IMG/VR virus record: IMGVR_UViG_3300037488_003510
Strand: one strand, 5' to 3'
Length of the DNA: 64,000 bases
Source of the DNA: an uncultured virus (IMG/VR IMGVR_UViG_3300037488_003510)
Taxonomy: Duplodnaviria > Heunggongvirae > Uroviricota > Caudoviricetes
In this document: one piece after another, positions 18,136-27,710 of the stretch
How the letters are laid out: the number at the start of each line of letters is the position of its first letter
Numbering within the stretch: the stretch's first letter is position 1
The notes under the pieces: model-generated
Told to the model about the DNA's origin: nothing
What the model saw: only the letters and a program-made list of their open reading frames with translations
The model's database searches: none
Made by a program: the position numbers and the translations under genes

Positions 18136-18771
18136 CTACCAGAAGATGTTCTTTTCCCACTGACATTCGATGGTGTCTGTCTGCCAGTTCCAAATCATCA
18201 TGTAGCGGTGATCTTGTGAGCGGCAGTTTTTCAACTCATATATTCCCATGGAGCGATATTGCGGCCGGACGAAATGAGATAACATGCAATCCTTATTGTA
18301 GGTCTCTCCGGAGATGAAAGACAGTCGAGGTTTGAGAAAATATACATCAGCGTCCCATGCGACGATGTTTGAAAACCAATTCGAACCTACAGCTGCCGGC
18401 GACAAGGCTAGGATGTTTGCCCCACGGCTCGCCTCCATCCGACACTTCGTCAGCCAAGGGGCAATATCACGAAACTCCGGATTGAGCCAGAGTAGCCCAG
18501 GGTAGCCTTCTCGGCGGAACTGGAAGGTGCTCAATCTTGCCCAGTCCACGTCGAAAGAGTCAATGGCATAAGCATGAGGGTCACGCGGCAGAGGCCCCTC
18601 GGGGCCTGTACAGGGCGCCAAGTAGTTGGGAGACTGAGCGTTGTAGTCACGGGCGGCCAAGTCGCAGGTGATCGGACCAAAGCGCTTCACCACGGCAGCC
18701 ATGAGATCGGGTTGTGTTTTGTAGTCCTGCTTGGAGTTTCTACCAGTGGAAATTCTAGCTCTGTTTGACAT
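18136..18771 (-). CDS. Phage Dam-type N6-adenine DNA methyltransferase (divergent catalytic motif)
   Basis: SKQDYKTQPD..FGPITCDLAA..LLWLNPEF..IAPWLTKC..VGSNWF..RLSF pattern. Confidence 0.75.
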   Translation of the reverse strand: MSNRARISTGRNSKQDYKTQPDLMAAVVKRFGPITCDLAARDYNAQSPNYLAPCTGPEGPLPRDPHAYAIDSFDVDWARLSTFQFRREGYPGLLWLNPEFRDIAPWLTKCRMEASRGANILALSPAAVGSNWFSNIVAWDADVYFLKPRLSFISGETYNKDCMLSHFVRPQYRSMGIYELKNCRSQDHRYMMIWNWQTDTIECQWEKNIFW

Positions 18772-18791
18772 GGGTTTCGAGTGGTCCTTCC

Positions 18792-19046
18792 TCAAAATCT
18801 GACAGATGATCTCTTGAACAACTTGTTCCAGAGTTGCTTCAATCGTTTCTCCGACTGAAGCCGAATCAATATCGAAACTAGGGCGCCACCCACAAGAGCC
18901 AGAGCAACCCCCGATCTCAGGCTGAGCACTCCCGTAGATTCCAGCAACGCAGCTGCTAAGCCAGCGAGAATGCACGGGACAAGTGAGATGGCAAGAGCTA
19001 CGACCTTAATCGTCGCAATGATGACCACTTCTTTTCCGCTTCTCAT
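18792..19046 (-). CDS. Small membrane protein (2 TM)
   Basis: Hydrophobic, with GGAGG RBS. Confidence 0.55.
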   Translation of the reverse strand: MRSGKEVVIIATIKVVALAISLVPCILAGLAAALLESTGVLSLRSGVALALVGGALVSILIRLQSEKRLKQLWNKLFKRSSVRF

Positions 19047-19050
19047 TGAA

Positions 19051-19410
19051 TTATCCTCCCTCCGCTGGTTGTTTGGAACGCAACTCATCCAACATCTGGA
19101 GTTTCTCCTCTTCAAGCTTCTCTTCGTCAATATCAAAGTATCTCGAAAGCCAGTGTGAGATGGGAGCGCGCTGAGGCGATAGGAAATCCTCCGTGGTACT
19201 GCAAAACCGGACTCCGTCCTCGAAACAATCAGACGAGTGCTTATGATACTTCGCTAGCACCACACCACAGTCTCCTTGTAGCCAGTCCAAGAATTCGCCA
19301 ATCGCCTGACTCTTTTCTTGCACAGCTTTCAATTTGTTGTGTTCTGGATAAACGGTAATCGTCATTGGGAAGCCGTTCACGACCACGGTAATCTTCTCAC
19401 TCATTGACAT
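19051..19410 (-). CDS. Conserved-type phage hypothetical protein
   Basis: YPEHNKLKAVQEKSQAIGEFLDWL..YFDIDEEKLEEEK pattern recalled from phage proteins. Confidence 0.65.
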   Translation of the reverse strand: MSMSEKITVVVNGFPMTITVYPEHNKLKAVQEKSQAIGEFLDWLQGDCGVVLAKYHKHSSDCFEDGVRFCSTTEDFLSPQRAPISHWLSRYFDIDEEKLEEEKLQMLDELRSKQPAEGG

Positions 19411-19822
19411 TTTCCTGTTGAAGATCTACTTCCCGAACGGTAGTGATGACATGGAAGATGCGCTCTCCAGCCAATCTCAGAAACTTGGCCGTCTCAAAGG
19501 TGTGAGGCATGACGGAATAAAGAGCACACTCGTCATCACGAGTTGATACCCAATGCTCCTTGCTACGAGTTCCTTTCAGCCAGGCGATCTCCTCGGCTAG
19601 CTCCGCAACTCGCTTGCGCAGCATAGAGACCTCGCTCATACTGGGAGTCAAAGTGAAATGGTCTTCCAGACGCTGAATCTCACTTGCTTTTTCACAGCGA
19701 GCTGAGGCGTACTTCTTCGCAGCTGCTAAGATCTTACCCGTGGAGGAATCAGCATCGATGGCCTCCTTGAGATCTTTCCAGACAACATCTATCTTCCTTT
19801 GAAGAACATGAACCGGCTTCAT
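19397..19822 (-). CDS. Hypothetical protein
   Basis: Coupled ORF. Confidence 0.55.
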   Translation of the reverse strand: MKPVHVLQRKIDVVWKDLKEAIDADSSTGKILAAAKKYASARCEKASEIQRLEDHFTLTPSMSEVSMLRKRVAELAEEIAWLKGTRSKEHWVSTRDDECALYSVMPHTFETAKFLRLAGERIFHVITTVREVDLQQENVNE

Positions 19823-20124
19823 CGCAGCACCGGATTGAGTCCCTTGTGCCAGACAACTTCCAAGACAACAACCCCTACGGTAAGGAAAAGTGGGTACTGC
19901 GCAGAGGTTGCGACATATTTGATGACCCCCTCAATAGTCTTGCCGGTATATCCGGCCGCCTCGCGCTCAATGGCCCGCTTCGAGTCGTACTCTTGCAAGA
20001 CAAGGGCATCGCCGGCCCGGAAGTCGCCATCGTTCGGGCAGATGTGAATGCCCAGTTTGTGACTTTGAACCAAAGCGAAATGCTCTGGGTCGCACTTGAT
20101 GTGATGTATTCCAGTATTGCTCAT
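19819..20124 (-). CDS. ASCH/DUF3850-like PUA-fold protein
   Basis: HHIKCDPEHF..NDGDFRAGDALVLQEYD..YTGKTI. Confidence 0.75.
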   Translation of the reverse strand: MSNTGIHHIKCDPEHFALVQSHKLGIHICPNDGDFRAGDALVLQEYDSKRAIEREAAGYTGKTIEGVIKYVATSAQYPLFLTVGVVVLEVVWHKGLNPVLR

Positions 20125-20210
20125 GTCGTTGTTTTCCTATCTGTTTGCTCGATCAATCAGCTCGCACATCTCCCGATCTGTCTCTTCAAATGTTTTACCT
20201 GGGTGTACCG

Positions 20211-20546
20211 TCATTTGAATGATTGTCCTCCGCACCTTCCAATTCTAAGCAGGTAATGAATTGGTTCGTTCATCGAACAGTCAGTAAAGTCTGATGGAAG
20301 AAGCTGCCTTCCGATCTTCTTCAACATCTTAGCCTCGAAGCACGCCAGGCACAGCTCGGTTTGGATATCTCCTGTCACCTCCTCCCAGAGTTGATCATCG
20401 ACCATGAATGTAAACATGCGCGGTCGCTTGGCACCACACACCTCACAGCCAAACGTGGCCGTCATCTCCAGTCCGAGTCGTCGCAAGCGTTCTATTACTC
20501 GACGTGGTCCCAGCTCACATATCGCTCTCCAGTAGAGTTCTAACAT
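20211..20546 (-). CDS. Zn-binding hypothetical protein
   Basis: CEVCG..FMVDDQLW..LCLACFE..GRQL..DF pattern. Confidence 0.6.
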   Translation of the reverse strand: MLELYWRAICELGPRRVIERLRRLGLEMTATFGCEVCGAKRPRMFTFMVDDQLWEEVTGDIQTELCLACFEAKMLKKIGRQLLPSDFTDCSMNEPIHYLLRIGRCGGQSFK

Positions 20547-20566
20547 GATCTGTCAGTCCAATGGGT

Positions 20567-20586
20567 GTGTGAACCGAATGAGCATG
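20567..20586 (-). promoter_or_regulatory. Repeated intergenic 20-mer, copy 2
   Basis: GTGTGAACCGAATGAGCATG. Confidence 0.65.
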
Positions 20587-20617
20587 AATCTCTCTCGATC
20601 ACTGAATCCAGCTCGCG

Positions 20618-20854
20618 TCACGAATTGTCTCCGTTCATCAGACGATCCCTAATTATCCGATCTCTCTCAATTGCCCAATACAGCTCACAATTTGCCTCCT
20701 CAATGGACTGGGAAGGTGTTACGGTCGCCACGATCCGTCCCCAGTCAAACCTTACTGACACACCCCATTTCTTAGCCGCCTCCAGTGACTCGGCAATCAC
20801 TTCCTCGCGAGGTGTGTAATCAGGAAAAGCAACACGTAACTCCATTGAACCCAT
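20618..20854 (-). CDS. Hypothetical protein
   Basis: Fits the operon spacing. Confidence 0.5.
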   Translation of the reverse strand: MGSMELRVAFPDYTPREEVIAESLEAAKKWGVSVRFDWGRIVATVTPSQSIEEANCELYWAIERDRIIRDRLMNGDNS

Positions 20855-20861
20855 ACTTCGC

Positions 20862-21284
20862 CTACTTTCCTTCGGTTGAGGATTTCCAATAGGATGTCAA
20901 AGCCTCAGCTATCATGCTACCTACAGCGTCTTGCAAGCGCTCTGGCTCAGGCAGGTATGAGATGCGCCCCCAGCCGCGTACTCGCAGGATTTGAACTCGG
21001 CTGTCGGCTACTACCTCGTTGGCAGCATCGAAAATATAGCCATGCTCAAACCTGAAGGGAGGTCGATAGAGCTTGAGAGCGCGAGTCCTCAGATCTACCC
21101 TACAATCCTCGGTCACACTCTCCAGCGGCGAAGCTCCAGCCATTGCAAGTCGGATCTCCTCCTCCCTCGCAAGTCGGATCTCCTTCTCTACAAGATGATC
21201 CAAGGAATCTTCATATGCACACCCTCCGTGAAGTGCGATATAGTCCCTTATCCGATTTCTTCGAGCTGCTTTTTGTTCATTCAT
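20862..21284 (-). CDS. Hypothetical phage protein
   Basis: YRPPFRFEHGYIFDA..RVRGWGRISY motif. Confidence 0.6.
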   Translation of the reverse strand: MNEQKAARRNRIRDYIALHGGCAYEDSLDHLVEKEIRLAREEEIRLAMAGASPLESVTEDCRVDLRTRALKLYRPPFRFEHGYIFDAANEVVADSRVQILRVRGWGRISYLPEPERLQDAVGSMIAEALTSYWKSSTEGK

Positions 21285-21285
21285 G

Positions 21286-21552
21286 CTAGTCCATCCTCTG
21301 CTCAATCGTTCGAACTGCGTTGCGCACACGATTGCAAAGCTGATTATCGTGAGAGATGATATCAGCTAACAGGGGATCGCCATCTGCCCTTGGCACCTGG
21401 GCAACAAGAAAAGCAAGAAATGCCGTCATGTCGTTCTGACTCAATTCAACTGGTGCTTTCAAGCCATCCCTCCAGGCAAACGACATGTTCTCGATGAGAA
21501 GGGTCATGAACTTTGCAATTTCACCTAGGTTCAGTTTGTCCGGCTTGTTCAT
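21286..21552 (-). CDS. Hypothetical protein
   Basis: Coupled ORF. Confidence 0.5.
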   Translation of the reverse strand: MNKPDKLNLGEIAKFMTLLIENMSFAWRDGLKAPVELSQNDMTAFLAFLVAQVPRADGDPLLADIISHDNQLCNRVRNAVRTIEQRMD

Positions 21553-21890
21553 ACCTTCTCTCCTTTTAGATCTCGTTCGTACTGACGCAAATCAGCCACC
21601 CTCTTGGCAGCATGGCTAAATGCTTCCTGTATGTACTCGGGAAGGGGTGGGTTGTAGTTGTTCACTAGAAGTGACCAGGCATGCAACTCCTGGATGGCCA
21701 TCGGCAGATCGCGAATGGCTCGCGCTTTGTGAGAACACTCGCGGCAGATCTGAGCCGTGAAGATTAACCCCTTCTCCGGATCGTCAATCCTCACCATCTC
21801 ACCACTGAAGCCCACCATCCCCATTGCAGCCTCTCTCGGTACCTCGCGAGTGCAATTTTGAATGCTACAAGAGCATCGCACGTCGCTCAT
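21549..21890 (-). CDS. Zn-binding tandem paralog A
   Basis: CSIQNCTRE..QICRECSHK..AIQELHAW. Confidence 0.65.
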   Translation of the reverse strand: MSDVRCSCSIQNCTREVPREAAMGMVGFSGEMVRIDDPEKGLIFTAQICRECSHKARAIRDLPMAIQELHAWSLLVNNYNPPLPEYIQEAFSHAAKRVADLRQYERDLKGEKV

Positions 21891-22216
21891 GTCTTCTCCC
21901 CTCCTAGCTCTCTTTGGTATGAGCGAAAAAGTGCCACGCGAGAGGCTGAGCGTAACATTGCTTCTCTGACAAGTCCTGGCTCGGGAATTCCAACCTTAGT
22001 CACGAGGAGTGCCCAGGCATGCATCTCTTGTATGGCCAACGACAAACCCTGCAAGGCTCGTACTTTATGAGCACACTCCTTGCAAATCTGCTTGGTGCCT
22101 AAGACTGCCCCAGTTTCACAGTTTTCAATGTCTACTACTAAGTCAGGTATATTCTCCTCCGGCATAGCCTCGCGAGTACAACCTGGAATCTTGCAAAGTC
22201 CTTTCGAATCGCTCAT
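21887..22216 (-). CDS. Zn-binding tandem paralog B
   Basis: CKIPGCTRE..QICKECAHK..AIQEMHAW. Confidence 0.65.
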   Translation of the reverse strand: MSDSKGLCKIPGCTREAMPEENIPDLVVDIENCETGAVLGTKQICKECAHKVRALQGLSLAIQEMHAWALLVTKVGIPEPGLVREAMLRSASRVALFRSYQRELGGEKT

Positions 22217-22228
22217 GTGATCTTCCTT

Positions 22229-23038
22229 TCAGCCGTTCGCCTTGGATGCCCCCCGAGGAAGCAGATACTTGCGATAGAACACCTTCACCCAGAGGGCGGC
22301 AGCCTTGCGCCACCACTCAGCTCGCTTCAACCTAGACCTCTCCATAACACCTCTCACCTCGTCTCGACGATTCCATGTGTTCCTCCGAAGCAGTCGAAGT
22401 TCAAACAGAAACATCTTGAGTCCGGATGTGTAATGACATTGACATCCTACATTTCGATTGAAAAACCACCACGAGTATTTGACCCTTTTCCCCACCTTGT
22501 CACCATGGAAATTGGACTCGTAAGTGACCTCTCGCTTAACCATAAACCACCTACACCGCAGACTGCGATCTTCATCGTGGTATGAGATCTGAAAGTGCAT
22601 GCGCCTAGCATGCGAGTTGAATGGTCCATAGTTGTTGTCAATCCACACGATGGAGTCACCGATCACCCCATATGGACCCTCTCCATCCTCCGACCAAAAC
22701 AACATCCTCCTCCTGGCCTCACATAGAGAGTTCTGACAGCGGTACACATCTCGAAATGGCCTCGGAGAATCCTCATTTGGATCGGACACATGGTCGTTCA
22801 GGGTTTCAAACTGCTTCTGTTCTTTTCCCTTAACTAAGCGCGATCTGCAACACGGACACTCCATGGAACTACGGCCTGGGAATATGCTCAGCATGTCTTC
22901 GAGCGCTCTTACTTTCCGGCGATAGCTGCGACGAACAAAAAGAAGAATCGCATAGCACAGTGTGAGCACTCCTAGCAAGACAAGAATCGCGATGGCTGCC
23001 ATGGTTTCAGCGTTGGTGTTTGGCATGATGAGGTTCAT
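22229..23038 (-). CDS. Membrane-anchored Zn-finger hypothetical protein
   Basis: N-terminal TM helix, CPCC..CQNSLC. Confidence 0.55.
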   Translation of the reverse strand: MNLIMPNTNAETMAAIAILVLLGVLTLCYAILLFVRRSYRRKVRALEDMLSIFPGRSSMECPCCRSRLVKGKEQKQFETLNDHVSDPNEDSPRPFRDVYRCQNSLCEARRRMLFWSEDGEGPYGVIGDSIVWIDNNYGPFNSHARRMHFQISYHDEDRSLRCRWFMVKREVTYESNFHGDKVGKRVKYSWWFFNRNVGCQCHYTSGLKMFLFELRLLRRNTWNRRDEVRGVMERSRLKRAEWWRKAAALWVKVFYRKYLLPRGASKANG

Positions 23039-23055
23039 GTAGATCTCCAGTTCGG

Positions 23056-23349
23056 TCACGAAGACAAGTTTGAAAGGTCCACGTTGGGAGTGTTCTGCTT
23101 GCCGTTTTCTACAACGGCCTTCTCGATGCAACCTAGGCAGGTCAACCCTAGGCAGGACACGCAGCAGGCCACCAGATGGCTGCCACAGGACTCGCAAGCG
23201 CCGCCCACGTCCGCTACCCCCAGCTGGAAGGTGTTGCGTCCACAGGAGCAGTCAATGCGCAGGGCACGCAGAGGCTGGCCGGTTGGCCGGTTGGGAGAGC
23301 GAGAGGCGTGCTTGACGACGAGCTTTCTGGCTTCGCTACTCATGGTCAT
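23056..23349 (-). CDS. Cys-rich small protein
   Basis: CSCG, CESCG, CCVSC and CLGC motifs. Confidence 0.55.
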   Translation of the reverse strand: MTMSSEARKLVVKHASRSPNRPTGQPLRALRIDCSCGRNTFQLGVADVGGACESCGSHLVACCVSCLGLTCLGCIEKAVVENGKQNTPNVDLSNLSS

Positions 23350-23833
23350 CTCCCTTTACTTCAGGTGGGGGGTTGTAAAGAAGAGCAGGCCAAATCTCGC
23401 TAGGAGACAACCCTAATATGCGCCCCGCCTTGAATACTATACGCAATAGCTCACTCACACTTTCAATAGCGTAATCAAGTTGCCTCGTAGCAGCTAGAAT
23501 AGGATCTCTGTTTACCTCGGCTATAGTCCAGATAGGCGATCCGCCATGACGAGATGGATCTACATCATGCTCGGAGATAAAACAGCTAACCACGCTGACG
23601 GGGTAACCTGACTCGAAAACTACAGGACCTGACGTTACTTTGTAGCACCATCCGAAATTTTCAAAAATTTCAGAGGTCCAGCCACAACTCAGTCGCTCTA
23701 ACCGCTGGGTCAATTCGCCTGCTGCCTTTACAGCTTCATCATAGGAGCGCTTGGTACATCCGTAGCCACAAGCTGAAGAGCAGTAGATCTTACCCCGCAG
23801 AACAGGCACACAGTCCCTGACTTTGCTACTCAT
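23336..23833 (-). CDS. Tandem paralog A (YCSxACG..CTK family)
   Basis: IYCSSACGYGCTK..ENFGWCYKV..VKGDDHE. Confidence 0.65.
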   Translation of the reverse strand: MSSKVRDCVPVLRGKIYCSSACGYGCTKRSYDEAVKAAGELTQRLERLSCGWTSEIFENFGWCYKVTSGPVVFESGYPVSVVSCFISEHDVDPSRHGGSPIWTIAEVNRDPILAATRQLDYAIESVSELLRIVFKAGRILGLSPSEIWPALLYNPPPEVKGDDHE

Positions 23834-24329
23834 GGTTATCTCCCTTCACATCAGGATGTATGCTGTGAAGTAGGTGAGGCCAGATTTCATGTGGAGACTT
23901 CCCCAATGCTCGTCCTGCCGCGAACACCGAGCGCAACAAACGTCCTACGTTTTCAACAGCGGAATCGAGCTGAGCTAGACCAGCTAAAACCGGATCGCTG
24001 TTGTTTGCTGAAATTGTCCAGACGGACGAACCTCCACCGGACATTTCTGTATCGGAGGAAATGAAACAGCCAAAAGAACCGTCATAGGAAGGGAATACCG
24101 TTACAGGACCAGATACGGCTTTGTAGTACCAGCCGAGGTTTTCGTAAACCACAGCGGACCACTGTGAACCAAGTATCGCAACCAGTTTGTCTGCCGCCTC
24201 TACTGCTTTGTCATGGGCTCGCTTAGTACAGTTTCCACCACACGCTGGGGAGCAGTAGATAGCACCATGTAGAACAGGTGTCCAATCATGAGTCGCAAGC
24301 ATGTGCTCAGCTTTTGTCAGTTTTTTCAT
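23826..24329 (-). CDS. Tandem paralog B (YCSxACG..CTK family)
   Basis: IYCSPACGGNCTK..ENLGWYYKA..VKGDNHE. Confidence 0.65.
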   Translation of the reverse strand: MKKLTKAEHMLATHDWTPVLHGAIYCSPACGGNCTKRAHDKAVEAADKLVAILGSQWSAVVYENLGWYYKAVSGPVTVFPSYDGSFGCFISSDTEMSGGGSSVWTISANNSDPVLAGLAQLDSAVENVGRLLRSVFAAGRALGKSPHEIWPHLLHSIHPDVKGDNHE

Positions 24330-24943
24330 GTTCGCTCTTCCCACTGAAATGAGGTTCTGTTGCACCCTAGCAACATTTTCAACTTGTTGAATGCTATCTG
24401 TGGCAATGAATCGATTTGACAATCGCCCATGGAGTCCATCGGGCTAACAGTACGATCTAAAAACACCCACCCGAGTTTGTCATTGGAATACACCTCAATG
24501 GCAAAACGATAGAGATCTGTATTCCATATAAGATCTAGACGTTCTCCGGACTCAGCAAAACGACAACTCGGAGGTGGTTTGAGGAGGTTCCCGAGCTGCG
24601 ATTTGAGTTCTCTCCAGATTTTCAAGACTAAATCCATCTGGCCACGAGAAATGCGTTTCGGGGGTGTAGGCGTTTCATTGGAAACTAACTTCTCAAGACG
24701 CTTGATCCATGTCGTCTCCTCTGCGGAAAAGCCGACCATGTTGTCCTTCGCAACTCCACCTTTTGAATAGCTGGCAACTGCGATGCGAAGCTCCTTGAGA
24801 TGCTTAGACTGAGCGAAGATGAAACTTCCTAGACTCTCTTTTTCTTCGTCCCAACCGGACGCCTTGGCGGCTGTGTTCGCTTCCTCCAGCTCGCGAGTTA
24901 CTTCTTTGATGGTCTTAATAGCCTCTTCAATCACACTTGGCAT
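24326..24943 (-). CDS. Hypothetical protein
   Basis: 205-aa ORF with GAGG RBS. Confidence 0.6.
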   Translation of the reverse strand: MPSVIEEAIKTIKEVTRELEEANTAAKASGWDEEKESLGSFIFAQSKHLKELRIAVASYSKGGVAKDNMVGFSAEETTWIKRLEKLVSNETPTPPKRISRGQMDLVLKIWRELKSQLGNLLKPPPSCRFAESGERLDLIWNTDLYRFAIEVYSNDKLGWVFLDRTVSPMDSMGDCQIDSLPQIAFNKLKMLLGCNRTSFQWEERT

Positions 24944-24958
24944 TGGTTTTACCCACCT

Positions 24959-25192
24959 CTAGAAGATGAAGTCGACATGCAAGATCTTCCCGCAGATAAC
25001 ACACTCGGTGACGTCAGCTGGCCACCCCTCCCAATCGTCAAAGGCAGCATTTGGGTGCCTGAGCCCTCGATACGGCTTGCCACGGCGATGCACATGTTTT
25101 GGGTAGGTATCCCAAGGCTTCCTCGGTGCCTTGTTAGTGTTCAAGTTTCGAACTCCCTGGCTGGTCAGCCCTTCCTTTTTTGAGACCATCAC
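24959..25192 (-). CDS. Small hypothetical protein
   Basis: HVH..CVICG motif. Confidence 0.5.
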   Translation of the reverse strand: MMVSKKEGLTSQGVRNLNTNKAPRKPWDTYPKHVHRRGKPYRGLRHPNAAFDDWEGWPADVTECVICGKILHVDFIF

Positions 25193-25194
25193 TC

Positions 25195-25944
25195 TTACCT
25201 CTTCCAGCCACCAACAGAATGCTTGTTTTCGTTTTCAAGCCTGAGCCGGTACCCCTGGGAATCGTAGAAAACATTCAAGTTGATCAGATCGTGATGCCCC
25301 ACACTCTCAGCCTGCCACCCGCCCTCCCAGACTGACCATATTAGAATCGTGCTCGATTCCTTGGGTCTCTCGTCAATGGCTCCCCTTCTCCAACCGCAGA
25401 CCTTGCGCTGGTTTTCCCATTCCATCCTGTAAGACACTCTCTGCGAATCGTCGAAACCAAGACCGTCGTTGTGATGGGAATTAACAACATCACGCTCCCA
25501 GGTCCCATTTTCACACCCCGATTTGGGGCGCCAGTACCAGAACTCCTCATTTACCTTGGGAAGTCTGCTCATCCTATCTTGAAGGTAGACTTCGACCGAA
25601 TCTGTCGAAACAGACTCTGCCTTCGCATTCACCTGAGAGCGAAATGCAGGCCGTTCGAGAGCCACTTTGAACTGCTCGACCAACGCCAATAAGGCAACTA
25701 CATCGCCCTTGGCGTACTCAACCGAACCTGTGGCGCCCCCTTGGTGCGAACCTGTGCCATTCCCCAAACACTCGCCCGCGAGCCTCTCAACCGCCTCCTC
25801 GGAACACGCCTTGGCAAACGCATCAATAGCGGGTATGACATGACTGTGCCACGCCTTTTTTGAGGGTTCGCCTCTATCCATATTGCCCCATTCAAGAATT
25901 ATACTCACCAAATAATTGTGAGCAATCAACTGTCCATTTTTCAT
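25195..25944 (-). CDS. Hypothetical protein with two C-terminal repeats
   Basis: EWENQRKVCGWRR and ENENKHSVGGWKR. Confidence 0.6.
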   Translation of the reverse strand: MKNGQLIAHNYLVSIILEWGNMDRGEPSKKAWHSHVIPAIDAFAKACSEEAVERLAGECLGNGTGSHQGGATGSVEYAKGDVVALLALVEQFKVALERPAFRSQVNAKAESVSTDSVEVYLQDRMSRLPKVNEEFWYWRPKSGCENGTWERDVVNSHHNDGLGFDDSQRVSYRMEWENQRKVCGWRRGAIDERPKESSTILIWSVWEGGWQAESVGHHDLINLNVFYDSQGYRLRLENENKHSVGGWKR

Positions 25945-26630
25945 TTCTGTTTGTCCTTTCCGAAGAACGGATGAGAATTCCAATCAATCATGTTGTTAAG
26001 AGGTGTCATTCCCCGGAACTCCCTCAGTTCGCGTGAAACCATCTTCTCTTCAATCACACCAGCTGGAGCACTGTCCTCCCAAGTCACCAAGGTTGGGTGC
26101 TCGTTTCCTCCAGAAATCGAATTGTAGGACAACTCGATTTCGAGGTTCACATGAGGATGCCGTGGATAGATCTCATCGGCCAGTTTCGGATAGTCCTTTT
26201 CCAGGGCGATTTTGAGCTTCTCCATCAAGCCCCAGACCATCCTGAAAACGACTCGTTCCGTTCCATCGGAGCGCCAGCACGAGTCATGATCGCACCACTT
26301 TTCCCAGGTGGACGACTGGTCTTTGCTTAGCTGAGGAAGAAAACCCCGCACCAGCTTCTCCACATCATACCTCTGGCGAAAAACCTTGACGTTGTTGCCG
26401 GAGCGAACAAACAGAATACGTTCAATCGAGTGAACTGCGTACTTCCGCTGTTCCTTCCAGTCCTCAAGTCCTTTGGGAGCTGGGCAGAGATCTCCTCGGC
26501 CGTGCGAACCTAGGATGGACCCGTCACCCTCCAAGGTAAACAACAAGCCGAGGTTAGGAGGGCTGAAACGGGGAAGAAGGACTTCAACCATCTGGTTTAT
26601 GAAGCGAGTTGGATCGGACACGTCGTTCAT
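25941..26630 (-). CDS. Hypothetical protein
   Basis: 229-aa coupled ORF with GGAG RBS. Confidence 0.6.
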   Translation of the reverse strand: MNDVSDPTRFINQMVEVLLPRFSPPNLGLLFTLEGDGSILGSHGRGDLCPAPKGLEDWKEQRKYAVHSIERILFVRSGNNVKVFRQRYDVEKLVRGFLPQLSKDQSSTWEKWCDHDSCWRSDGTERVVFRMVWGLMEKLKIALEKDYPKLADEIYPRHPHVNLEIELSYNSISGGNEHPTLVTWEDSAPAGVIEEKMVSRELREFRGMTPLNNMIDWNSHPFFGKDKQK

Positions 26631-26678
26631 TTTGTTCTCCGGATGAGGTGACTGAGATCTGTCGTCGAAACCTTGTCG

Positions 26679-27248
26679 TTAGTAGGACTTTTCCTTGCAG
26701 AGATTTAGCTCAGCTTGAACCATTTCCTCAATTCTCCTGGACATGGCGACCGCCACCGTCTGGGCCAAAGACTCCAACATGCTCACGGTAAAGTCGCACT
26801 CCAAACGGTCCAGTGAGCCCCAGGTGACTCTCTCTCCGTTTCGAACCTTACATTTGATCCAGTCTCGACAGGCACCAAGCCATGGTCCTCCCGACGTCAA
26901 AAAAGGAGTCTCAGAGAGGATTTTGTCGAGTAGAAGCAGCTTAGACTCAACCGTCGGATTTACGAAGCCTTCCAAGGCAAATTCAATAACACGACCGTCA
27001 CCACCCACCAGGGCATTGATAACCACCTTCTGGCCAACCAAGGATTTTCGGACCGACCACATCCTAAACGGAGCCGAAAAGCTGTTTCGACCCAAGTAAC
27101 GATAACTTGGCACTCGAATCACTTTGCCTTCCTCAAGCTCCTTGGCCACTACCAACAGCAGATCGACCGCCCGGCTGTCTTCCGTTGGACCGAACGACTC
27201 AGTCCCGACGATTTCAGCTTCAACACCGTTCACCATTTTTGATTCCAC
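26679..27248 (-). CDS. Hypothetical protein
   Basis: 189-aa ORF. Confidence 0.55.
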   Translation of the reverse strand: MESKMVNGVEAEIVGTESFGPTEDSRAVDLLLVVAKELEEGKVIRVPSYRYLGRNSFSAPFRMWSVRKSLVGQKVVINALVGGDGRVIEFALEGFVNPTVESKLLLLDKILSETPFLTSGGPWLGACRDWIKCKVRNGERVTWGSLDRLECDFTVSMLESLAQTVAVAMSRRIEEMVQAELNLCKEKSY

Positions 27249-27251
27249 TGG

Positions 27252-27710
27252 TTATTCTCCCGCAAGAGTAACGGTTCTGAAACATTCTGGAATATCACTG
27301 AGGACATTGGCGCGACCGAAGGTCTCTCTCAGATCGCTCCGCTTGCGCTGAAACCAAGCCAACGATTCTTTCGTTACCTGCGGAACTCGGCGACTCGCAT
27401 ACACTCCACACCCTGCGATGCCAACCGTGTCGCCATCAACCTCACACCAGGCGACCACGTAAACTCCATTCTGAGGACCTCTTGCCGCTCGAAGGTACAA
27501 GTCCTTGTACACTAGATCTCCCTCGTTGACGCCCATGATGTAGGGACTCGTATAAATGCTCCCGTGTGACCAGGCGACAGGATCGCCGACGTAAATGAAG
27601 TTCTTGTAAATCTCGACCCTCACCCCTGATGGTGTTTTGAGCCAGCAGTCAACAGTTTCACCTTTCTGATTCACACACAAATGAGCATAATTTCCTAGTG
27701 CCATGGTCAT
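27252..27710 (-). CDS. Hypothetical protein
   Basis: Abuts rtcB. Confidence 0.6.
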   Translation of the reverse strand: MTMALGNYAHLCVNQKGETVDCWLKTPSGVRVEIYKNFIYVGDPVAWSHGSIYTSPYIMGVNEGDLVYKDLYLRAARGPQNGVYVVAWCEVDGDTVGIAGCGVYASRRVPQVTKESLAWFQRKRSDLRETFGRANVLSDIPECFRTVTLAGE

